Shown one piece after another: positions 28,175 to 36,709 of a DNA stretch of 64,000 bases; position 1 is the stretch's first letter, and every line of letters begins with the position of its first letter. The position numbers and the translations under genes are program-made. The notes under the pieces were generated by a model, which ran no database searches, was not told the DNA's origin, and was given only the letters and a program-made list of their open reading frames with translations. Source of the stretch: Candidatus Poribacteria bacterium (GTDB taxonomy: Bacteria > Poribacteria > WGA-4E > WGA-3G); assembly GCA_965205015.1 (NCBI GenBank), contig OZ242029.1, positions 2,752,001 through 2,816,000 of the forward strand. The letters are read 5' to 3'.

Positions 28175-31100
28175 ATGAAAACTTTATTGAAAACGAACCT
28201 ATCTTTTCTCTGTCTCGTAGTGCTGTTGTGTTTCGGCATAACGTCCATGAGTTACGGGCAAGCCGTGATTTCTGTAGACCCGGCAGAGAGCGTCTCCCCT
28301 GCAGTCGGTTCACAACTGACGATCCGTCTGAATATCAGCAACGGTCAAAACGTTGCTGGCTATGACATGAGTGTGAATTTCGATACGAGTGCACTGCGGT
28401 ATGTTTCAAGTGCCACCGGAAGTTACCTGCCGAGTGGTGCGCTCTTTCTGCCCCCAGCAGTTTCGGATGGCATAGTGACGCTGGTAGCCCTCCCTGTCTC
28501 AGGAGCAGCATCAAGTCGCAGTGGTACGCTTGCGAGCGTGACGTTTTCGGTGATTGCCGTGAAAGCGTCGACACTTCGACTCACACGGGTCTTCCTCATG
28601 GATAGTAGTGCCAATGGTCTCAGCGTGTCAGTGAGAAACGGCAGCATTGTTGAGAGACGTGGGGCGAAATGGGATATCAACGGGGATGGGACGGTGAACG
28701 TCTTGGACCTAGTGAGGGTCGCGACGAGTTTGGGGAGCCAGAATGCCGGTACGGACATCAACGGGGATGGGACGGTGAACGTCTTGGACCTGGTGACGGT
28801 CGCGCAACACCTCGGTGAAAGTGTTGGGACACCCGACACTCCGTCGGTGGTACCACCGCCCGTGGCACTCCTTCCTGAGACCACAAGAGATGATCACATG
28901 TCTCATTTTGAGTCGTGCCAGGCCATAGATCCACGCCTCAGCACCGGTGACGGGGACTCGACTATCAAATACGCAGTTGGTTATACAAAATACGTATGGA
29001 CTGCCGTGGATACCGTAGACCCTAATGATAGCAATTCAGATCTGGTGCTTACAGTTAAATTCATAAAGGGCTCGCGGGACGAACGAAAGCTCGTCGAAGA
29101 GGTGGCTCCCACATGGACCAAGGGGGATGTCCCCTTTACCTTTAGATTCGTGGACAGGGGTCCCTCTGACATACGCGTCGGGTTCGATTCCAACCTGGGC
29201 AATCAATCCCTGCTCGGCACGGAGGCCAATCGTGTAGAGGGAGCAACCATGAACCTTGTCCTAGAGGGTGCCAGGCATCCCGAGCGTCCTATTTTACACG
29301 AATTCGGACACGCCTTGGGCTTGGGGCATGAACATCAAAACCCCGCATCCCCCATCTCGTGGGACAGAGAAGAAGTGATTAAGGATGTCAAAAACCGGTG
29401 GGGGTGGTCTGAGGAGGAGATAATAGATAATATATTGACAGGGATCAATATAAATCATGCGAATTTTACGGAATTTGACCCGGAGTCTATCATGATTTAT
29501 CCGATTCCTGAAAATTGGACCCTTGATGGTTTTACAAGAGGTTGGAACCTGAAGTTGTCGAGCACAGACAAAACCTTTATACGTGACCTATACTCTGGTA
29601 GCCCGTTTGATGAGTTTGATAACCCGTTTGGTCGAGTGGAGATACCAATGGTACGGATACCCGGCGGCGCATTTCAGATGGGCAGTAATAGTGGATCTGA
29701 CATGGAGAAACCCGCCCATTCGGTGTATGTGGATGCGTTCTACATGGATAAGTATCAGGTAACGAATACGCAATATGTGGAGTTCCTGAATGAAAAGGGC
29801 AAACACACCGAAAACGGCAGGCCCTGGGTGAAACCTTCTGAGAATAGGGGTATTGTATACAGCGATGGGGCCTACCGTGCGGGAGCAGGGTATGGGAATC
29901 TCCCTGCTCGTGTGACTTGGTATGGAGCAATGGCATACGCGAAATGGAAAGGGAAGCGTTTGCCGACGGAGGCGGAATGGGAGAAAGCGGCGCGTGGCGG
30001 TCTAACAGGCAAAAAATATCCGTGGGGTAACACCCTGGATCGCACGAAAGTGGCCGACGCGGAATTTATTGGTGAACCTGAGCGTCCTATTGAACAGCAA
30101 CCTAAATGGGAAGTCGGGCAGTATCCTCCGAATGGATATGGTTTATACGATATGGTCGGAGGTGCGGGCGAGTGGTGTTTAGACCCGTATGTTGTAAATC
30201 GCTATGCTTTTGGCTATGCTTTCTCCTCTCGAATTAATCCGATGCCAGATTGGAGTATCCAGTGGTTATTGGATAACTACACACAAATTGAGTCTTCCCG
30301 CATCTCTCGCGGCGGTCACTCGGGCAGTCCTTGGGCCGTCTTCCAGCGCGGTAGTTTTGGACCCCTCCCCGATGGATCGAGCGGTCAAGATGGTTTTCGT
30401 TGTGTGAGGTCAGACTGGACGCCGAGGCCGCCGACTGCAGCAATAGACGGTATTCCGATAGAAGTAGAAGGCATGATGCTCATCCCTGCGGGCAAGTTTC
30501 AGATGGGTCAAACGGAGGACATCTGGGAGGTGATTCAGGGTGATGAGAGGCACAGTTTTGGTATTGTGCTCCGGGTCCACTTAGATGCGTTTTACATGGA
30601 TAAATACGAGGTGACGAATGCACAATACAAGAAGTTTGTGGATGCGAATCCGGAGTGGCAGAAGAATCGTATTCCGGCGTCATTCCACGATGGGGATTAC
30701 CTGCGGCACTGGAATGGCAACGAATATCCGGCAGGTAAAGCGAACCATCCTGTGGAGTTTGTATCGTGGTATGCGGCGATGGCATACGCCAAGTGGGCGG
30801 GTAAGCGTTTACCGACGGAGGCGGAATGGGAGAAAGCGGCGCGTGGCGGTTTCAGAGCCAGAAAGTATCCGTGGGGCGATGATAGCATAAAGGCCAGCAA
30901 TGGGAATATCTTTAGTGGGAGGAGCACGGAGGTTGGGCAGTATCCTGCCAATGGATATGGTCTATACGATATGGCTGGGAACGTTGAGGAATGGTGTTTA
31001 GACGAGTTTACTTTTTTTCCTCCATTTTTATCATCAGAACCGAATCCGGTGGCAGGTGAGAACAGCATCCAGTGGCTATTAGATAACTATACACGAGTTA

Positions 31101-31264
31101 ATTCTGGCCGTGTGCTGCGCGGCGGTTACTACGGCGAAGGCGGTGGGGCTTATACCGAGAGCCTGCGCGTAGACTATCGCGAAAGTATCGCCGAACCCCG
31201 GAGTGCCAACAGTGCCATCGGTTTTCGCTGTGTGAAGTCTGTATCGGCGAGTGGGTCAAGGTAA
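28175..31264 (+). CDS. Secreted cohesin + dockerin-like + metzincin (M12/astacin-like) protease + two FGE/SUMF1-like domains
   Basis: Signal peptide; cohesin; DINGDGTVNVLDLV twice; HEFGHALGLGHEH and SIMIY Met-turn; two RLPTEAEWEKAARGG...GFRCV domains. Confidence 0.85.
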   Translation: MKTLLKTNLSFLCLVVLLCFGITSMSYGQAVISVDPAESVSPAVGSQLTIRLNISNGQNVAGYDMSVNFDTSALRYVSSATGSYLPSGALFLPPAVSDGIVTLVALPVSGAASSRSGTLASVTFSVIAVKASTLRLTRVFLMDSSANGLSVSVRNGSIVERRGAKWDINGDGTVNVLDLVRVATSLGSQNAGTDINGDGTVNVLDLVTVAQHLGESVGTPDTPSVVPPPVALLPETTRDDHMSHFESCQAIDPRLSTGDGDSTIKYAVGYTKYVWTAVDTVDPNDSNSDLVLTVKFIKGSRDERKLVEEVAPTWTKGDVPFTFRFVDRGPSDIRVGFDSNLGNQSLLGTEANRVEGATMNLVLEGARHPERPILHEFGHALGLGHEHQNPASPISWDREEVIKDVKNRWGWSEEEIIDNILTGININHANFTEFDPESIMIYPIPENWTLDGFTRGWNLKLSSTDKTFIRDLYSGSPFDEFDNPFGRVEIPMVRIPGGAFQMGSNSGSDMEKPAHSVYVDAFYMDKYQVTNTQYVEFLNEKGKHTENGRPWVKPSENRGIVYSDGAYRAGAGYGNLPARVTWYGAMAYAKWKGKRLPTEAEWEKAARGGLTGKKYPWGNTLDRTKVADAEFIGEPERPIEQQPKWEVGQYPPNGYGLYDMVGGAGEWCLDPYVVNRYAFGYAFSSRINPMPDWSIQWLLDNYTQIESSRISRGGHSGSPWAVFQRGSFGPLPDGSSGQDGFRCVRSDWTPRPPTAAIDGIPIEVEGMMLIPAGKFQMGQTEDIWEVIQGDERHSFGIVLRVHLDAFYMDKYEVTNAQYKKFVDANPEWQKNRIPASFHDGDYLRHWNGNEYPAGKANHPVEFVSWYAAMAYAKWAGKRLPTEAEWEKAARGGFRARKYPWGDDSIKASNGNIFSGRSTEVGQYPANGYGLYDMAGNVEEWCLDEFTFFPPFLSSEPNPVAGENSIQWLLDNYTRVNSGRVLRGGYYGEGGGAYTESLRVDYRESIAEPRSANSAIGFRCVKSVSASGSR

Positions 31265-31440
31265 TTATAGGTTTACTTAGGACTGACGCACGCTGCTGTT
31301 TTGTAGCCTAACGTGTTAGGTTGTGCCGTTACACGTGTGAGGCTATAGGGGCTTGCGATTGAATAGGGCATGGGGACAAGTCAGGCAAAACGTATCCATC
31401 CTCAATTCTTTACCGAAAAACACTTTTAAGGAGGTCATCC

Positions 31441-32844
31441 GTGAAAAAAGTTTTTCTGATGGGTCTACTGTGTCTGGAAATCATCGGAAAAAGCCATGGA
31501 CAAACTGTGGTCTTCATAGACCCAGCTGAAGTGAACGTCCCCGACATTGGTATGCAAATCGACCTGAGTCTCAAGATATCCAACGGCAGCGGTATCGCTG
31601 GATATAAGGTGACGGTGGGCTTTGATCCGACAGTCCTGCACTATGTTGAGATGAAGAGTAGCACCTCCCTCGCTGCGGATACCGTTATCGCACTCACCGA
31701 AGTCTCAGCGGGGCGCATAACGCTCGCAGGGACCTCAGCTGCAGCGGCTGCTTCTAACGGTGATATCCTGGCGGTACTCACGTTCGAAGTTGTTGCTGCA
31801 AGACCCACCACGCTCCGCTTAATAGAGGTGATCCTCTCGGATAGCGCTGCGAATATGCGACCCGTGCGGACGCGAGATGCGAGGGTCGTCGTCGGGGAGG
31901 TGTCGGCGTGGGACCTCAATGGTGATGGTCACGTGAATGGGGTTGACCTGATATTCGCCGCGCGTAACTTCGGTAAAACCGGCTCGTCTCGAGTGGATGT
32001 CAACGGCGATAGCACCGTAAATATTTTAGACCTTGTGCAGGTTGTCCAACACTTGGACGAAACTGCTGTGACACGGATCCGCGCTGTCCCCGAAGGCATG
32101 GTGCTCATCCCTGCGGGGTGGTTTCAGAGGGGGAGTGACACCGGGAAAGCCGACGAAACGCCGGTGCGTACTCTCTACGTAAATGCCTTTTACATGGACG
32201 CCTACGCCGTCACCAATGCCGAGTATAAGAAGTTCATTGATGCCGTGCCGGAATGGCAGAAAGGCAGTATTTCGGAAAAATATCACGATGGGGCCTACTT
32301 AGCACACTGGGAAGGCAATACCTATCGCACGGATCAAGCCGACCATCCTGTGTCTCATGTATCCTGGTATGCGGCGATGGCATACGCCAAGTGGGCAGGG
32401 AAACGTTTACCGACGGAAGCGGAGTGGGAAAAAGCCGCCCGCGGGGGGCGCATCGGTCAGAAATATCCGTGGGGCGATGATGTGGATGTGACACGCGCCA
32501 CAACTCAATTCTGGGAAAGTCCTCCGATCACGACCCGTGTGGGCAGCTACCCCCCTAACGCCTATGGCCTCTATGATATGGTCGGCAATGTCTGGGAGTG
32601 GTGTTTGGATGCCTACGCTTCGGATTTTTATGCTAAGGCCCCCAGTCGAAATCCGCTGGCGGGTGCAGTCAGTAAAGAAACCCTCATATCGGGTGCCTTA
32701 GAGGTCGAAACACCCCGCGTCTTGCGTGGGGGTGCCTGGACAGGCGATCCAAGGATACCGAGCGTTGCTGTGCGGGATGCCTCACAACCGCATCGGACAC
32801 TGAGTCTCGCTGGGTTCCGTTGTGTTCGCAATGTCTCCCCCTAA
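31441..32844 (+). CDS. Secreted cohesin + dockerin-like + FGE/SUMF1-like protein
   Basis: GGAGG RBS, GTG start; DLNGDGHVNGVDL and DVNGDSTVNILDL; RLPTEAEWE, GNVWEW, GFRCV. Confidence 0.85.
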   Translation: MKKVFLMGLLCLEIIGKSHGQTVVFIDPAEVNVPDIGMQIDLSLKISNGSGIAGYKVTVGFDPTVLHYVEMKSSTSLAADTVIALTEVSAGRITLAGTSAAAAASNGDILAVLTFEVVAARPTTLRLIEVILSDSAANMRPVRTRDARVVVGEVSAWDLNGDGHVNGVDLIFAARNFGKTGSSRVDVNGDSTVNILDLVQVVQHLDETAVTRIRAVPEGMVLIPAGWFQRGSDTGKADETPVRTLYVNAFYMDAYAVTNAEYKKFIDAVPEWQKGSISEKYHDGAYLAHWEGNTYRTDQADHPVSHVSWYAAMAYAKWAGKRLPTEAEWEKAARGGRIGQKYPWGDDVDVTRATTQFWESPPITTRVGSYPPNAYGLYDMVGNVWEWCLDAYASDFYAKAPSRNPLAGAVSKETLISGALEVETPRVLRGGAWTGDPRIPSVAVRDASQPHRTLSLAGFRCVRNVSP

Positions 32845-33022
32845 ACACTTCAGAGGCAGGGAAGCCCTATTTTTATCTTGTAAATCTTGGTTTAGACAAC
32901 TGATAAATCCAACCGATGCCCTTGGACATCACAACTTGTATCACAGGAATTGCGAATGAATAACAAACGATCTCCCTAAATTCTAAGATCCACTATAATA
33001 TTAGTTAAAAAAGGAGTTTCTC

Positions 33023-33829
33023 ATGCAAACCCAATTTTCCAAACCTTTTCGCAACGTCATACTTTTTTCGCTGCTCACCTTTACCCTCTGTTTCGGTGTC
33101 ACAGCGATAAGCCACGGCAGTGCTATCGTCTCTGTGCAACCCGGGACGCTTCATGCCCCAGAAATCGGGGGACCCCTGACAGTCCGGGTGGCTATCACGG
33201 GGGGGGAGACCCTCGCCGGCTATCAGTTCAAGGTGGAATTTGACCCGAATGTGCTGCGATACGTCACAGCCACGAACGCTGATTACCTCCCCTCGGAGAC
33301 GTTTGCGATGCCGTTGCCTAAAGCCAACAGTGTTACGATGGTCGCCGCGGCACTCAAAGGCACGCCGGTGTCCACTGGCGATGGCACCCTCGCAACCCTC
33401 ACCTTTGAAGTGCTTGCGCTGGGTCCCTGTGGCGTTCACCTGACGGAGGTCATCCTCTCCGATGCCACTGCAACAGCGCTAGCTGTCAGATGGTCAGACA
33501 CACGTCTGGACAGCGCACTGGAGACGCTCCCCGCAACACAGACCTCCCTGTTCGACAACTATCCGAACCCATTCAACCCTGAGACCTGGATCCCGTATGA
33601 CCTGTCAACCCCTGCGGATGTCACGTTGACGATTTATGGTGCCAATGGTCGGTTAGTCCGGACGTTGAGGTTAGGCCATCAGCCCCCAGGGCAGTATCAC
33701 CGCAAAGGTCGCGCCGCCTACTGGGACGGTCGAAACGATTTCGGGGAACGCGTGGCGAGTGGTTTGTATTTCTATACCCTCACCGCCGGTGCGTTTAGTG
33801 CCACAGGCAAGATGCTGATTCTGAAATAG
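33023..33829 (+). CDS. Secreted cohesin + C-terminal FlgD-Ig/T9SS-CTD-like domain protein
   Basis: Cohesin followed by NYPNPFNPETWIPY...WDGRN..GERVASGLYFY. Confidence 0.85.
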   Translation: MQTQFSKPFRNVILFSLLTFTLCFGVTAISHGSAIVSVQPGTLHAPEIGGPLTVRVAITGGETLAGYQFKVEFDPNVLRYVTATNADYLPSETFAMPLPKANSVTMVAAALKGTPVSTGDGTLATLTFEVLALGPCGVHLTEVILSDATATALAVRWSDTRLDSALETLPATQTSLFDNYPNPFNPETWIPYDLSTPADVTLTIYGANGRLVRTLRLGHQPPGQYHRKGRAAYWDGRNDFGERVASGLYFYTLTAGAFSATGKMLILK

Positions 33830-34112
33830 TATCATCTGACCATAGGAGTGCGGGGAGGAAACCGATGTTTATTGGAAACCTCCCGATGGGCGGGTGTCTA
33901 CATCCGCCCCATCCGACATGCATTCCAGACGGATATAAAATCTTTGGTTATCTCAATCCAGAAGAGATGGCAGTGGTGACGAGACTGTCCGTTTGGTGCG
34001 GTCGCCAGAAGAAATCGCGTCTTGCTGAAACTCCCAACGCATAGATAGGACTTACGCGGTTTGCGAAGACCCCGATGGTTTTTCCTGCATCACGGGGATA
34101 ACATAACTCCGG

Positions 34113-34484
34113 ATGGTCACACCGTCCACTTCAGACGTATCGCCGCTTTCAGGGTTAACACAATTGACAACGCTGAATCTTAACGACAACATCATTTCTC
34201 ATATTTCACCGCTCGCCCGTTTGACGCATCTCAAAGCGTTATCTCTGAGAAACAACGGGTTCTCAGATGTTTCCCCCCTTACTGCATTAACCCAACTGAT
34301 ACGGTTAGATATTGGAAATGAAGTCTTCGTGTTCGTCAACTATAATCGCATTATGGATGTTTCCCCCCTCGCTGCGCTCACGCACTTGGAGGAGCTGAAT
34401 CTCTGGCATACGCCTCTAACCGCTGACGCTCTGAAACACATTTCCACAATGGAGGCAAATGGCACAGAAGTGCATCGGGATTGA
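34113..34484 (+). pseudogene. Internalin-like LRR fragment
   Basis: DVSPLSGLTQLTTLNLNDN repeats; no signal peptide or RBS; the ATG lies inside an inverted AAA-gene fragment. Confidence 0.65.
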
Positions 34485-34521
34485 AACTTACCAAACAGGC
34501 ATCATTGTGCCCTCTCGGGAC

Positions 34522-34568
34522 TGTTCCATTTTGTGCAGTGCCTGAACCGGTTTGCACATTTTTGGGCA
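34522..34568. promoter_or_regulatory. Tandem NtrC-family-like enhancer sites
   Basis: TGTTCCATTTTGTGCA (34522) and TGCACATTTTTGGGCA (34553), 31 bp apart, upstream of a -24/-12 site. Confidence 0.5.
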
Positions 34569-34619
34569 GTTTACGGCGCAGCCCTCCTAAAAATCTATCT
34601 CTATCGGCATTTGGAAGAG

Positions 34620-34635
34620 TGGCACGCGAATTGCT
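34620..34635 (+). promoter_or_regulatory. Sigma54 (-24/-12) promoter
   Basis: TGGCACGCGAATTGCT matches TGGCACG-N4-TTGCW; 70 nt before the start at 34705. Confidence 0.7.
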
Positions 34636-34704
34636 CAGAGAACACCAATGGGTCTCGTGACATCTGAAATCTACACACACGCAACAAAAAAGGAGCGTCT
34701 TAGA

Positions 34705-35622
34705 ATGCGTTTAAGTTTGGTTTCCCCACTGATTGTATCTGTCCTTCTATTTGCGGGTACCGTTTCGGTTCAGGACGGTGCTGAGGCAGGAGAACTTCCA
34801 CGATTCGTACGCATCCCAGATATAAGGCTCTACAAAGCGATTTCTGGGGAACTCAGAGGGGTGCGAGTCTATGAAACACAGATGCGAGAACTGACAGCGT
34901 TGAACGCCGAAGATCTTGGCATTTCCGATCTCACTGGACTCGAACATGCTACCCATCTGAGGCAGTTAGATCTGAGCGGCAACCGTATCACCGATGTGTC
35001 CCTGCTCGCAGGTTTAACACACCTGCGTGTCCTGAATCTTGAAGGCAATGAGATCCGAGATCTCTCGTCCCTCTCAGGCCTGAAACATCTCACACACCTG
35101 AATCTTAAGGGGAATGCTATTGTGGATATTTCGCCGCTTGCGGACCTCCCCGCCCTGGCAGTCCTGAATCTTGAAGGCAACGAGATCCGAGATACATCGG
35201 AGCTTGCGGCCCTGGAAACCCGCGCACACCTGAACTTCAATACCCTCAGGGGCGCGCTTCGTGGAGAGATTGTCAATGTCCCGTACGAGGTTCCGATTGA
35301 TGGCGTTCGCGTTGTTCTTCAATCGGAAGATGGCAAAGAATACACGACGACAACGAACTATGGGGACTATACATTCACGGGCATCCCTGCGGGGAGATAC
35401 CTTCTAAGTATCTACAAAAAAGGGTACCGCGATCGGATCGGCAAACCTGTTACGATTGTGAAGGGTGGCGATTATTTCCTCCCCCTGAAGATGGTTGAAA
35501 TGGATAGTATCATGACGGATTTCAGACGCTTGCTATTCTATATCCTTCTCCTTTGTGGCATCACAGCACTCTTCACCTTCTTGCTCACGAAAAGATGGAT
35601 GGCAGAAAGGTTGCGAAGTTAA
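34705..35622 (+). CDS. LRR + carboxypeptidase-regulatory-like domain protein with C-terminal TM anchor
   Basis: AAGGAG RBS, signal peptide, ISDLTGLEHA and LRR repeats, GDYTFTGIPAGRYLLSI.K.GY, C-terminal TM. Confidence 0.8.
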   Translation: MRLSLVSPLIVSVLLFAGTVSVQDGAEAGELPRFVRIPDIRLYKAISGELRGVRVYETQMRELTALNAEDLGISDLTGLEHATHLRQLDLSGNRITDVSLLAGLTHLRVLNLEGNEIRDLSSLSGLKHLTHLNLKGNAIVDISPLADLPALAVLNLEGNEIRDTSELAALETRAHLNFNTLRGALRGEIVNVPYEVPIDGVRVVLQSEDGKEYTTTTNYGDYTFTGIPAGRYLLSIYKKGYRDRIGKPVTIVKGGDYFLPLKMVEMDSIMTDFRRLLFYILLLCGITALFTFLLTKRWMAERLRS

Positions 35623-36124
35623 CCTGTGCCGGATCCCTGGGACGTTATCAAAACTTCATTTTTCGGTATCTTCAACGTTTGAGAGTCCAATCCTAAAAAA
35701 GGAGCAGAACCATGACGCGAAAAACACTTGCTGTCGGTAGACGCTACATCCCAGAGAACCCTTGGACTTATGCCGATTGTGGGGCGTTGTAGTGTTCCTT
35801 TGGGCTTTTGGAAATGGTGCGGGACCGTATCGAACAGGCACAGTTGCACTATGAGTCAGCGATTGCGGATCAGGAGCAAGCCGTGCACCACTCTCATCCC
35901 GAGTCTGCCATAATCTGTTCCATTTTGTGCAGTACCTGAATCAGCCAGCAAACCGCGGTGTCGCTCGTGGCATTGATCTGGCTGGCAGGTGTGGGTGTTC
36001 AGGTGGCAATAACTGTATTGGAGGCTTTGTAATCCCCAGTTTCCAGAAAAGGGAGAAGTCGCATATAAATGACTTGTCTTCAGCACATAGGTTGGATTGA
36101 AAGGGGCGATAAACGACGGCAAAC

Positions 36125-36412
36125 CTAAGCCACAGAAGGGCGTTCCTGCATCACAGGGATGACGTAACTCCGGATGGTCAGACCGTCCACCGTTTCGGTC
36201 TCCGCCCGTGGCTCAGGATGCTGGCGGTGATCGAAGACGATATAATACCCTTCTTGGACACCTTCCAATTTCAGATATGCTGCCAGTTGTGTCTTACCTG
36301 CCTGATAATATCGGTCGCCTTCCCATATCTTCGTCTCAACGATGTATTTTCGCTGGTTGTGGAGAATGAGGAGGTCCATTCTGCCGCGTCCCGTTTGGAC
36401 TTCAAGGAACAT
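36125..36412 (-). pseudogene. C-terminal fragment of an AAA_35-like/PD-(D/E)XK gene
   Basis: FLEVQTGRGRMDLL...TIRSYVIPVMQE, paralogous to 26566-26853; N-terminal ATPase absent. Confidence 0.75.
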
Positions 36413-36555
36413 GTCCGCACCAATGCTGCGGTCTACCCACCGAGGCGATAGGGTTTTCAGGTGCCTTGCGAAGGCATGTCTCTATGTGTGAACCAAGTAT
36501 ATCATTTTTAATGTGAGAGGTCAAATCAATTCAGAGGACGTTTTTCGGAAAAAAT

Positions 36556-36577
36556 CGCGAGCACAGCTCGCTCCTAC
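36556..36577 (-). repeat. GTAG-type REP-like palindrome
   Basis: Reverse complement GTAGGAGCGAGCTGTGCTCGCG. Confidence 0.6.
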
Positions 36578-36709
36578 AAGCGAAAAAATTCACATACATA
36601 AAGTAAATAGGTAAAATTGAATGGCCCTGGAGAAGCCTACGTGTAAACACAATTGACCGCGCCAACGTTTCAGTAACAATTATCAACAGAACCGAGTGAG
36701 GAACATCTC

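Noticed and set aside
35712-35792. 26-codon ORF with a good RBS (MTRKTLAVG...)
   Set aside because: No recognisable homology; cannot be distinguished from a decayed gene start
36622-36636. Sigma54 promoter before the VIT gene (TGGCCCTGGAGAAGC)
   Set aside because: Only the GG-N10-GC spacing fits; the rest of the consensus is poor
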